NCBI GenBank assembly: GCA_965206595.1
Contig: OZ242214.1
Location: 1,856,001 to 1,920,000 of the forward strand
DNA: 64,000 bases
From: Candidatus Latescibacterota bacterium
GTDB lineage: Bacteria > Latescibacterota > UBA2968 > UBA8231
Reading direction: 5' to 3'
Below, one piece after another: positions 21,789-30,660 of this stretch. The notes beneath the pieces are model-generated. The model saw only the letters and a program-made list of their open reading frames with translations, searched no databases and had not been told where the DNA came from. Made by a program: the position numbers and the translations under genes. Each line of letters begins with the position of its first letter. The first letter of the stretch is position 1.

Positions 21789-22646
21789 TCAATCTCGACC
21801 TTGCAGGAACTTGAAGAACTCTGTGTCGAGGGGTTGCACGAGGACGGTGTTCTCGGTGAGAGATTTTTCATACGCCTCGAGAGTGCGGGTGAACTCGTAG
21901 AACTTGCCGGCGTTCTTGTACGCCGCGGCGTAGATCTTGAGGGCTTCCGCATCACCTTCGCCGCGAATTCCCTGGGACTGTTCGTACGCCTCGGCGCCGA
22001 TACTCGCCGCCTCGAGATCGGTCTCGGCGCGAATCTTCAATGCCTGCTCCTCACCTTCGGCTCGGTAAGTCTTGGCTTCCCGCTCTCGCTCGGCTCTCAT
22101 GCGGTTGAATACGTAAGCTTCGTTCTCAGGCGGAAGGTCCGCCCTCTTGACGCGCACATCGACGACTTCGATGCCGTACGGCCGCGCCGCTTCATCGGAT
22201 CGCGTGGTCACGTCGAGCATGATCTCCTCGCGATTGCTCGCCACCACTTCCGTCAGCTCGTGCTGACCCAGTTCCTTGCGCAGCTCGGAGAACACGATGT
22301 CATCCAGGCGGGCAGTCGCCTCGTCGACGGTGCGAAGCGCTTTCATGAACACCAAGGGTTCGACGATACGCCAGCGGGCGTAATTGTCGAGAAGGAGGAT
22401 TTTCTTGTCCTTGGTATAGATCGGATCTGGGTTGGCGTCGTAGTCGAGGAGGCGTTTGTCGAAGTAGTGGACCTTCTGAATCGGGCCGGGAAGCTTGTAC
22501 TGCAAACCAGGTTCGGTGATCACTCTAATCGGTTCGCCGAACTGAGTGACGACGGCCAATTGAATCTCAGTCACCGTGAAAAGGACGAGATTGGCACCGA
22601 AAACGGCTACGGCAACTGCTATGACGAAGGCGGCGGCGGAACGCAT
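21789..22646 (-). CDS. hflC: FtsH protease modulator HflC
   Basis: N-terminal TM, SPFH domain, TKDKK.L..D.YARWRI, RMRAERE.EA..YRAEG, FYEFTRTLEAY. Confidence 0.93.
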   Translation of the reverse strand: MRSAAAFVIAVAVAVFGANLVLFTVTEIQLAVVTQFGEPIRVITEPGLQYKLPGPIQKVHYFDKRLLDYDANPDPIYTKDKKILLLDNYARWRIVEPLVFMKALRTVDEATARLDDIVFSELRKELGQHELTEVVASNREEIMLDVTTRSDEAARPYGIEVVDVRVKRADLPPENEAYVFNRMRAEREREAKTYRAEGEEQALKIRAETDLEAASIGAEAYEQSQGIRGEGDAEALKIYAAAYKNAGKFYEFTRTLEAYEKSLTENTVLVQPLDTEFFKFLQGRD

Positions 22647-22672
22647 TGACCGGGTGACTTCCTTCCTTGCTC

Positions 22673-23662
22673 CTAATTCTGGGACTGGTCGAGGTTGAGG
22701 ATGTTGAGGAGCCCGCCGTTCTTATCGGATTTGATGATGTACTTTTTCAGGTCCGGAAGGATCTTTTCCATCGTCTCGAGATAGAGACGCTTCTCCGTGA
22801 CGGCCGGGGCTTTTTTGTATTCTGCATAAACGGAGCTGAAACGGTCGGCATCTCCCTGGGCTCGCCGAATGCGCTCGATTTTGTACGCTTCGGCCTCCTT
22901 GATCAGGCGTTGCGCCTCACCTCTCGCCTTGGGGATTACGTCATTTTGATATCCCCGGGCTTCGTTGACCAGCCGTTCGCGATCCTCCTTGGCGCTGGCG
23001 ACATCCTTGAAGGCGTCGTCAACCTGGGCAGGCGGCCCGACAGTCTGCAGCTGAACCGATTCCACAGACAGTCCGCACTTGTATCGGTCGAACAGCTCCT
23101 GGAGTTTCTCGTGGATTTCCGTCTGGATGCGGAGCTTCCCTTCCGTAAGCGCCTCGTCGATCCGATGGCGTCCGACAACCTGCCTGAGGGCAGCTTCGCT
23201 GGCATCGTGCACCAGACCCACACTGCGATTTTCGAAAACCCCCAATCCGGAGACGCTGAAGAGGGCATCGACGACGCTCGAGACGCGGTACTGAACCACC
23301 ATCTCGACATCGATGATGTTTTCATCTCCCGTCAGCATCAGTGATTCCTTGGGCTTGGCGCTGTAGCGCGCCGGTGGCCCCGGGTCGATGGTTCGAAATC
23401 CGATCTCTTCGCGGTAGATCTGCGTAACCGATCTGGTGATGCGGTTTTCGATCGGCGATGGAAGGTGATAGTGCAACCCCGGATCGACGACGGCGTGCAG
23501 CTTGCCGAAACGTAACACCACCGCCTTCTCGTCGGGAGCTACGGTGTAGATGCCACTGAGAAGCCAGAGCCCGAAAAGAACACCGACGACGAGGTAAACG
23601 GTTCGCGGGTTCAGCTTCAGGGAAGAGACGGGGGATTTGGGAAAGTCGAACTGTTGAGGCAT
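22673..23662 (-). CDS. hflK: FtsH protease modulator HflK
   Basis: WLLSGIYTV, VVLRFGK, MLTGDENI, AF.DV..A.ED, RLYLETMEKIL. Confidence 0.93.
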   Translation of the reverse strand: MPQQFDFPKSPVSSLKLNPRTVYLVVGVLFGLWLLSGIYTVAPDEKAVVLRFGKLHAVVDPGLHYHLPSPIENRITRSVTQIYREEIGFRTIDPGPPARYSAKPKESLMLTGDENIIDVEMVVQYRVSSVVDALFSVSGLGVFENRSVGLVHDASEAALRQVVGRHRIDEALTEGKLRIQTEIHEKLQELFDRYKCGLSVESVQLQTVGPPAQVDDAFKDVASAKEDRERLVNEARGYQNDVIPKARGEAQRLIKEAEAYKIERIRRAQGDADRFSSVYAEYKKAPAVTEKRLYLETMEKILPDLKKYIIKSDKNGGLLNILNLDQSQN

Positions 23663-23768
23663 GCTCCCACTGCCTTTCGGGCTGTTGTATCGAATCCGCG
23701 AGAATCTATGCGTCCCGGAAATCGCTGTCAATTAGACCCCGGCAAAAGGGGGGAGAGGTTCGTCTCGG

Positions 23769-23797
23769 TTGACAACTGCACAGCGGCTGTCTATCGT
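23769..23797 (+). promoter_or_regulatory. sigma70-like promoter of clpP
   Basis: TTGACA-17nt-TATCGT. Confidence 0.55.
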
Positions 23798-23825
23798 CCG
23801 CAAAGAGTTGCTTTCGCTAATCAAC

Positions 23826-23876
23826 CCTCGCGCCTCGCGCAACAGGACGAGCCTCGCGCCTCGCGCAACAGGACGA
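23826..23876. repeat. tandem direct repeat, 2 x 25 nt (period 26)
   Basis: CCTCGCGCCTCGCGCAACAGGACGA at 23826-23850 and 23852-23876. Confidence 0.9.
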
Positions 23877-23889
23877 ACTTCAGCTTCCC

Positions 23890-24504
23890 ATGGCGGTAAT
23901 TCCCGTAGTCATCGAGCAGACAGGGCGCGGAGAACGCGCCTACGACATCTTCTCACGGTTGCTGAAGGAGCGCATCGTCTTCATCGGCATGCCAATCGAT
24001 GACGGCGAGGCCAACCTCGTCATCGCGCAACTGCTCTTTCTTGCATCGGAAGACCCAAAGCAGGACATCTCCCTGTACATAAACAGCCCCGGTGGACTAA
24101 TCACGTCAGGGCTTGCCATCTACGACACCATGCAGCACATCCCCTGCGACGTCGCGACCTTGTGCGTCGGGCAGGCGTACAGCATGAGCGCAATTCTGCT
24201 GGCGGGAGGCGCCAGGGGGAAGCGCCATGCCCTTCCCCATTCGCGTATCATGCTTCACCAGCCTTGGGGAGGTATCGGCGGTCAGGCTGCGGACATGGAG
24301 ATTCAGGCCAGGGAAGTCATGGACTGGCGTCAGAGACTCAACGATATCCTGGTAGCCGATGCCGAGCAGCCCTTGGCGAGGATAGAGGAAGTTACCGAGA
24401 GGAACTATTTCCTGTCGCCGCACGAAGCGCAGGATTTTGGGTTGATCGACGGAATCTTCGAATCTGCGAGCGAACTGGAAGCGAAAAAGTCTTCCTCGGG
24501 TTGA
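23890..24504 (+). CDS. clpP: ATP-dependent Clp protease proteolytic subunit (Ser-His-Asn variant)
   Basis: [28 protein letters not shown] (Ser), RIMLHQP (His), TERNYFLS. Confidence 0.93.
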   Translation: MAVIPVVIEQTGRGERAYDIFSRLLKERIVFIGMPIDDGEANLVIAQLLFLASEDPKQDISLYINSPGGLITSGLAIYDTMQHIPCDVATLCVGQAYSMSAILLAGGARGKRHALPHSRIMLHQPWGGIGGQAADMEIQAREVMDWRQRLNDILVADAEQPLARIEEVTERNYFLSPHEAQDFGLIDGIFESASELEAKKSSSG

Positions 24505-24541
24505 CCTTTTGCCAGAAGGCTCTCCCGGACCAAGGGGTCCC

Positions 24542-25421
24542 TCAATCGAACACCGACCGATTGCGACCCGAATCCTTCGCTTTGTAAAGGCGCGAATCTG
24601 CACATTCGATCAATTTCTCCACTGAATCCGCCTCGTCGAGCGGAAATGATGCGATCCCCAGACTGATCGTAACCCGCTCGCTTCGCCCCCCGTTCGAGTG
24701 GAGCTGCCCGGCTACCGACTCCCTCAAGCGTTCCGCCAGAACGGCAGCCCCGGGACGGTCGGTGTGGGGCAATACCACGGCGAACTCCTCTCCGCCATAT
24801 CGCGCCAGGATGTCCTCCTTGCGTATCCGCCGTCTCGCCAGTTCTGCAGTGCCCTTCAAAACGGTGTCTCCGAACGGGTGTCCATAGGTGTCGTTCACGT
24901 CTTTGAAGTTATCAAGATCGAAAAGAATCAATGATACGGAGGTTCGGTGTCGACGTGCTTCGCCGAGGCGCATTCTCAGCTGCTTATCGAGGAAGCGTCG
25001 GGTGTACGCCCCGGTCAGCTCGTCGACAACTGCCTGTGCGCGCAGCAGATCCAGACGGTGCTTGACCTTCAGCAAGAGTTCAGTCCGCCGGACGACCTCC
25101 TCCGGGTCGACAGGCAGAGACAGGTAGTCCCCGACGGTGCAGTCGAGATATTTGGGGTAGTTGGCCGGCTCCCGACTCCCGCAACAACAGAATGGGGATG
25201 TCCTGTGAACGACACAGGGCGATCATGGTCTCTGGATAATCCGGAGTCACGGAGTCGGAGCGGTCCCCTATGAACACGAGGTCCACGCTGGCGGTAGTGA
25301 AGTAGGCGAGGGTCCCTGCCTCGGGTGGCATGGCGGTTATCACGTGATCTCCCGAGGAAATCGCCCTCTTCACCTTCTCGACGATCGCCTGGTTGCCTGA
25401 GAGAATCAGAATGTTACTCAT
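24542..25421 (-). pseudogene. pseudo-receiver + GGDEF diguanylate cyclase, split by one frameshift near 25175-25185 (possibly a sequencing error)
   Basis: ORF 25080-25421 is receiver-like; the shifted frame reads GDYLSLPVDPEEVVRR into DELTG, DLDNFK.VNDTYGH..GD, RKED (I-site), RYGGEEF, AD..LY.AK..GRN. Confidence 0.8.
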
Positions 25422-26410
25422 GAAACAGCACTTTTCCCGGGGAACGCAACGACTTCCTGAATGGCATGGGTAGAGGTGATAAGCATGACGAGGCGATCGA
25501 TCCCGAGGGCCATTCCCGCGGCGTCAGGCATTTGGTGCAGCGAGTCCAGAAAACCCTCGTCGAGCGGATAGCGCTTCCCGTATGGCCGGTGGCTGCGTTC
25601 GGCCATGAGCCTTCTTCTCTGTCGTCTGGGGTCGGTTTGTTCGCTGAAGCCGTTTGCAAGCTCAAGGCCTGCGATATATAGCTCGACTCGTGAGGCAGTG
25701 TGGGGATCGGTTTCCTTCTGCTTTGCCATCGGCGACAGACGCGATGGGTAGTCCATCAGGAAGACAGGTCTGGGCTCGCGCATCAAGGCCGGTTCAACCC
25801 TCTCGATCAACAGTTTGGCGAAGAGATCGTCCCATGAGTCGCCGAGATCTGTGCTCAGAAAACCCGCAGCTGCTGCTGCTCGGGCGAATTCCTCCTCGGA
25901 CCACGAGAAATCGATCTTCAGATCGGCGTGGCGGCTGAAAGCTTCGACAACCGAGATACGTGACCACGGCGAGTCGAGCTCGACGCGGGTACCGTCAAAG
26001 GTCAGCGACTTCGAGTGGAGAACCTCGGCTGCAACGTACCGTACGAGATTCTCCGCATCCGCGGCTATCTCTTTATTGGTTTCGCCGGGACGGTACCACT
26101 CGAGCATGGTGAATTCGGGGTTATGGCATGACGTCCATTCCCCTTTCCTGAAACATCGGCAGACTTGAAAGATGCGCCCGAACCCCTCGGACAAAAGCCG
26201 CTTCATATGAGGCTCCGGCGAGGTAATCAGATAGCTCTCCGATGCCGGATCTCCGTCAGTCCGGATACGCATCGGAAGTATGTGACACTCTGGATTCGGG
26301 GCGGCTACCAAGGTGGGCGTCTCTACTTCGAGAAAACCCGCTTCGGTGAAGAAACGCCGGGTAGAGGCGATTGTTTTCGCCCGCTGCTTCAGGATGCGAC
26401 GGCGGTGCAT
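25418..26410 (-). CDS. epmA: EF-P lysine aminoacylase EpmA/GenX
   Basis: LysRS-like catalytic domain only: FLEVETP, YLITSPEPHMKRLL, HNPEFTMLEWYR, ELANGFSE, GMALGIDRL. Confidence 0.92.
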   Translation of the reverse strand: MHRRRILKQRAKTIASTRRFFTEAGFLEVETPTLVAAPNPECHILPMRIRTDGDPASESYLITSPEPHMKRLLSEGFGRIFQVCRCFRKGEWTSCHNPEFTMLEWYRPGETNKEIAADAENLVRYVAAEVLHSKSLTFDGTRVELDSPWSRISVVEAFSRHADLKIDFSWSEEEFARAAAAAGFLSTDLGDSWDDLFAKLLIERVEPALMREPRPVFLMDYPSRLSPMAKQKETDPHTASRVELYIAGLELANGFSEQTDPRRQRRRLMAERSHRPYGKRYPLDEGFLDSLHQMPDAAGMALGIDRLVMLITSTHAIQEVVAFPGKSAVS

Positions 26411-26411
26411 C

Positions 26412-27538
26412 CTAGTGTTTAATTGCATTAATTGTCGTTATAACGTATGTTGAGAGTATGCCCCGAAAAGCTACCCCCATTTCGTTGACGGAAGAGGATC
26501 GGGCCACCTTGAAGCTCTGGGCGCGGTCGGCTACCAGCGAACAGCGGTTCGCTCTGCGTGCGCGCATCATCCTGGCGGCCGCCTCCGGTCAACCGACCGA
26601 TGCGATCGCGCAGCGGCTGAGGATGCGCACGGCCACTGTGAGCAAGTGGCGAACGCGCTTTGCCCGCCACGGCCTGGGCGGCCTGCAGGATGCGCCGCGG
26701 CCCGGTCAGCCGAAACGGTATGATGAAGAAACCGAGCACCGCATCCTCGACCTGGTGTCGCAGCCGCCGCCGGCCGGGCACGCGACCTGGACCGCCGCCC
26801 TGGTGGCCGAGACGTTGGGAGAGGTGTCCGTCCATCATGTGTGGAGAGTGCTGGGTCAGCATAAGATCCACCTGCAAAGGCGACGCTCGTATTGCGTAAG
26901 CACCGACCCGGAATTCGCCGCCAAAGCGGCCGACATCGTCGGCTTGTACTCGACCCGCCGGAGAACGCGGTGGGGGTGTGTGTCGACGAGAAGCCGTCCA
27001 TCCAAGCGCTGGAGCGCGCCCAGGGCTAATTTACGCCTGCCCCGGGGTGCGGCGTTGAGCGGCTTCAGCCATCGCTACCAACGCCACGGCACCACGACCC
27101 TGTTTGCCGCCCTGGAGGTGGCCACCGGCCACATCCAGGGCGGGCACGCCAAGAGACGCCGGCGCCGGGAGTTCCTCGACTTCATGAACGACATGGTGGC
27201 CGCCTATCCGGCCGGCCAGACCCTCCACGTGATCCTGGACAACCTCAACACCCACAAGCCCAAGCGCGACCGCTGGTTGGCGCGCCATCCCAACGTCCAC
27301 TTCCACTATACGCCCACCAATGCGTGCTGACTCAACCTCATCGAAATCTGGTTCAGCATCCTCAGCCGCCGCGCCTTGCACGGAGCCAGCTTTACCTCGC
27401 CCCGACAGCTGCGCAACGCCATCGACGCCTTCATCGCCGCCTACAATGCCAAGGCCCACCCCTTCGAGTGGAAGAAACAGAGGGTGTACCAGGGCCGGCT
27501 CCATGATACGTACGCTGAATTATGCAATTAGGCACTAG
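26412..27538 (+). mobile_element. IS630-family element (distinct from the later copies); transposase 26458-27538 is a pseudogene
   Basis: CTAG at both ends; imperfect TIR TGTTTAATTGCAT / ATGCAATTAGGCA; HTH...DAPRPG, RHGTTTLFAAL, ILDN..THK; TGA at 27328-27330 in place of W in (S)WLN; compensating indels near 26949 and 27028. Confidence 0.92.
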
Positions 27539-27612
27539 GCAGCTTTACCCGGTGCCTGACACGCGAGATGGGAACACTGGGTGAGAACCTGTGACTGTCT
27601 TCGTGCGGTTGA

Positions 27613-28842
27613 TCAAGCCCGCTTGCGTTTGTGGACGAATGTCGGAGGGCTCTTGGCGTCGATGAAATCCCCGGTGATGATGCATTCCTTGATATCGCTT
27701 CGCGAAGGAAGTTCATACATCACCTCGAACATCGCGGTTTCCAACACGGCACGGAGCCCTCGAGCTCCCATCTCCTTCTCCTGACACAGCTTGACGACTT
27801 TATCGAGAGCCTCCTGCGCGAACCTTAGTACGAGGCCGTCCATCTCAAACAGCTTCTGGTACTGCCTCACGAGGGCATTCTTCGGTTTTACGAGGATGTC
27901 GTGCAGTGCCTCGGCACTCAATGGGTGCAGAGAGCTTACGACAGGGAGGCGGCCGATCAGTTCGGGGATCAACCCGTACTTAATGAGATCTTCAGGCTCG
28001 ACACGGGACAGCAGGTGGCCGACGTCTTGATCGCCGGCAGTTTCCGTGCCAGCCCCAAATCCCATGGCACGCCTGCCGGTCCGGGCGCTGATGATCTTCT
28101 CGAGTCCATCGAAGGCACCGCCGCAAATGAACAGGATGTTTCGCGTGTTTATCTGGACCAGCGGCTGTTCCGGATGTTTCCTGCCACCCTTTGGGGGCAC
28201 TCCAGAAACGGTACCTTCGAGAATCTTCAGCAACTCCTGCTGAACACCTTCTCCAGACACATCGCGCGTAATCGAAGGATTTCCTGATTTCCTGGCGATT
28301 TTGTCGATCTCATCGATAAACAGGATGCCGCGTTCTGCCTTGCCGACGTCGTAGTCCGCGGCCTGCAAAATACGCACTAGGATATTCTCGACATCTTCGC
28401 CGACGTAGCCGGCTTCCGTCAGGACAGTTGCATCAACTATGGCGAAGGGGATTTGAAGGATTCTGGCCAGGGTCTCGGCGAGCAAGGTCTTGCCTGTGCC
28501 GGTGGGACCGAGAAGGAGGATATTGCTTTTGGTCAGCTCGACCTCGGATTTGCCGGAATAAATCCGCTTATAATGGTTGTAGACCGCTACGGAAAGTGCT
28601 TTCTTTGCGCGCTCCTGGCCAATGATGTGCTTGTCGAGCTGGGTCTTAATCTCTGCAGGCTTAGGCAATGGATGGCCAAATGCGTTGGGCTCCTCCGCCT
28701 CCTCTTCTTCCAGAACCTCGTTACAAAGATTCACGCACTCGTTGCATATGTGCACTGAGGGCCCGGTGATGATTTTTTCGACCTGGGTGACTCCTTTGCC
28801 ACAGAACGAGCATGTGACTGTATTTCTCGGTTTTTTCAACAT
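27613..28842 (-). CDS. clpX: ATP-dependent Clp protease ATP-binding subunit
   Basis: CSFC...ICNEC zinc finger, [34 protein letters not shown] loop. Confidence 0.97.
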   Translation of the reverse strand: MLKKPRNTVTCSFCGKGVTQVEKIITGPSVHICNECVNLCNEVLEEEEAEEPNAFGHPLPKPAEIKTQLDKHIIGQERAKKALSVAVYNHYKRIYSGKSEVELTKSNILLLGPTGTGKTLLAETLARILQIPFAIVDATVLTEAGYVGEDVENILVRILQAADYDVGKAERGILFIDEIDKIARKSGNPSITRDVSGEGVQQELLKILEGTVSGVPPKGGRKHPEQPLVQINTRNILFICGGAFDGLEKIISARTGRRAMGFGAGTETAGDQDVGHLLSRVEPEDLIKYGLIPELIGRLPVVSSLHPLSAEALHDILVKPKNALVRQYQKLFEMDGLVLRFAQEALDKVVKLCQEKEMGARGLRAVLETAMFEVMYELPSRSDIKECIITGDFIDAKSPPTFVHKRKRA

Positions 28843-28862
28843 CGGTGCCTCGCTCGATCCGA

Positions 28863-29648
28863 CTATGGAGATTCCTCCATGTCTTCGGGCCGGGATTCGA
28901 TGCTAGCTGCTGCAATATTGGCACTACCCTCAACAATTCCAGATTCGTGATTTTCAACTTCGGGCAGAGATTCCTGGGTTGGCTCCCCCGTTGAACCGGC
29001 TCCCCCCTCACCTTCCTGGGATGCGAGCTCTCCTCCGGGTAGCGAATGTGAAACCGATGCCTCATTGCCACCATCGGAGACACCAACTTCGTCGGAGGTA
29101 AGGGAGTCTTCGGGGTCATTCGATGACGCTGTCGTCCGGGGGACGACAGCTGTAGGTGAGCCACTTTCGGCCTCCCCTTCCTGGCCCTCACTGCTCTTCA
29201 TAACGTTGATTGCTTGAAAACCCTTGGCTGTCTTGGTCACCATGAATTCAACCTCGTCACCTTGTGAGAGGCTGCGATCCCATGATGAGATATCGCGCCA
29301 GTGCACGAATACATCCGTCTCAGCACCAGTTGATATGAAACCGTAACCTTTGTCGTTGTTGAACCATTTAACGGAGCCCTTGGTCCAACTGTTTTCGACC
29401 AGCACCGAGTCTTCCCGACCTCCGCGCGGAGACTCCTGGGCAGGTTTTGCGGAAGGTGTTTTTCCTGATTCGACTTCGACAACCCGGTCCTGGATTTCTC
29501 TGAGGTTGTCGTCGTTGCCAAGCACCATTTCCACCCCTGCCATTAAGCCGACTACGTAGCTGCTGTCATTACCGTGCAGCTTTCGGGCCATGACGAGCTT
29601 TTCCGCAAGCGTTGCAATGGCTGCGTTATTCAGGCTCAGTGGACTCAA
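28863..29648 (-). CDS. cold-shock-domain protein with N-terminal extension and long acidic tail
   Basis: [16 protein letters not shown] (RNP1), DVFVHW (RNP2), GDEVEF, KG.QA.NV; AAGGAGG SD before TTG. Confidence 0.85.
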   Translation of the reverse strand: MSPLSLNNAAIATLAEKLVMARKLHGNDSSYVVGLMAGVEMVLGNDDNLREIQDRVVEVESGKTPSAKPAQESPRGGREDSVLVENSWTKGSVKWFNNDKGYGFISTGAETDVFVHWRDISSWDRSLSQGDEVEFMVTKTAKGFQAINVMKSSEGQEGEAESGSPTAVVPRTTASSNDPEDSLTSDEVGVSDGGNEASVSHSLPGGELASQEGEGGAGSTGEPTQESLPEVENHESGIVEGSANIAAASIESRPEDMEESP

Positions 29649-29988
29649 GAGTCGAAACCTCCTTTTAGCGACCGCTGTTCACCGCGGGTCGCGGTTCTGC
29701 CGGAAGAAATGCCGTAACCAGTGAATAATCACCCACTTCCGTGAATAAGCGGTTGGATAATTAGCATTTGAAGCTCATTTGTCAAATCATCTCTAAAAAA
29801 ATCTACAAGCCCTGTCCTGTCCGAACCCTTGTCATGGATTGGCCCAATATGGCACTGCATGGCAAAATGGTTTAATGGGATTGTTTGGAGCAACAATGCG
29901 ACTCTTATTCCTGGTGGAGGAACCGCAATTCCAAACCAAGCGGAACATCCATCGCCTGTCGACACATATGGCCGACGTCGATCTGAAC

Positions 29989-30318
29989 TCAATCCGATAT
30001 GACCGCGTCCAGCTTTCCTGTGATCTGGGACTTGGGGACCGCTCCGATCACCTGGTCGGCCACCTTGCCCTCCTTGAAAATCAAAAGCGTGGGAATGCTG
30101 CGGATTCCATACTCACCAGCGGTTTTTTGTGCATCGTCTACATCGAGCTTGCAGATTTTGGCACGACCCGAATACTCGTTGGCCAATTCCTCAACGATAG
30201 GAGCGACCATCCTGCAGGGGCCGCACCAAGCGGCCCAAAAATCAACGAGAACGGGTATCTCTGCGCTCAGCACTTCGACGCTGAAGTTGTCATCGGTCAA
30301 GGCAATCGGCTCGCTCAT
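29989..30318 (-). CDS. trxA: thioredoxin
   Basis: VLVDFWAAWCGPC, SIPTL. Confidence 0.96.
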   Translation of the reverse strand: MSEPIALTDDNFSVEVLSAEIPVLVDFWAAWCGPCRMVAPIVEELANEYSGRAKICKLDVDDAQKTAGEYGIRSIPTLLIFKEGKVADQVIGAVPKSQITGKLDAVISD

Positions 30319-30410
30319 TCTCAAGTCTGTAGGTGATGGCACGCACGCGCGCGCTCGCAAGTTTTCGATGTCGTAACTGACAAATTATCAGCAGGTTATG
30401 CTGTTACCGG

Positions 30411-30439
30411 AATATAACGAGGGGGTCGGACCATGTCAA
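30411..30439 (-). promoter_or_regulatory. sigma70-like promoter of trxA
   Basis: TTGACA-17nt-TATATT on the minus strand. Confidence 0.6.
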
Positions 30440-30660
30440 CCGAACAAGGATTTGCCTTGCATGGAGGAGTAGTATTGGTCCACGGTGGAGCTGGTGAAGA
30501 TCAGGTAAAAACGGTGTATCCATTTGAACAGGTTTTTGGGGGAAGTATACGGCAGGATGGAGGGCCGAGAAGGGCCCCCTGATCGGACCGCGGTTATGAC
30601 TGATAGTTAGAAGGGCGTACCCGTGCATGCGTCCGGCTACCTCCGTTTTTTCAGGCAGCA

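Noticed and set aside
23826-23876. CRISPR-like repeat
   Set aside because: Only two adjacent copies with no spacer; no cas genes
30433-30582. 49-codon ORF containing VLVHGGAG (asparaginase-like N-terminal motif)
   Set aside because: Very short, overlaps the predicted trxA promoter on the other strand, and has no further similarity
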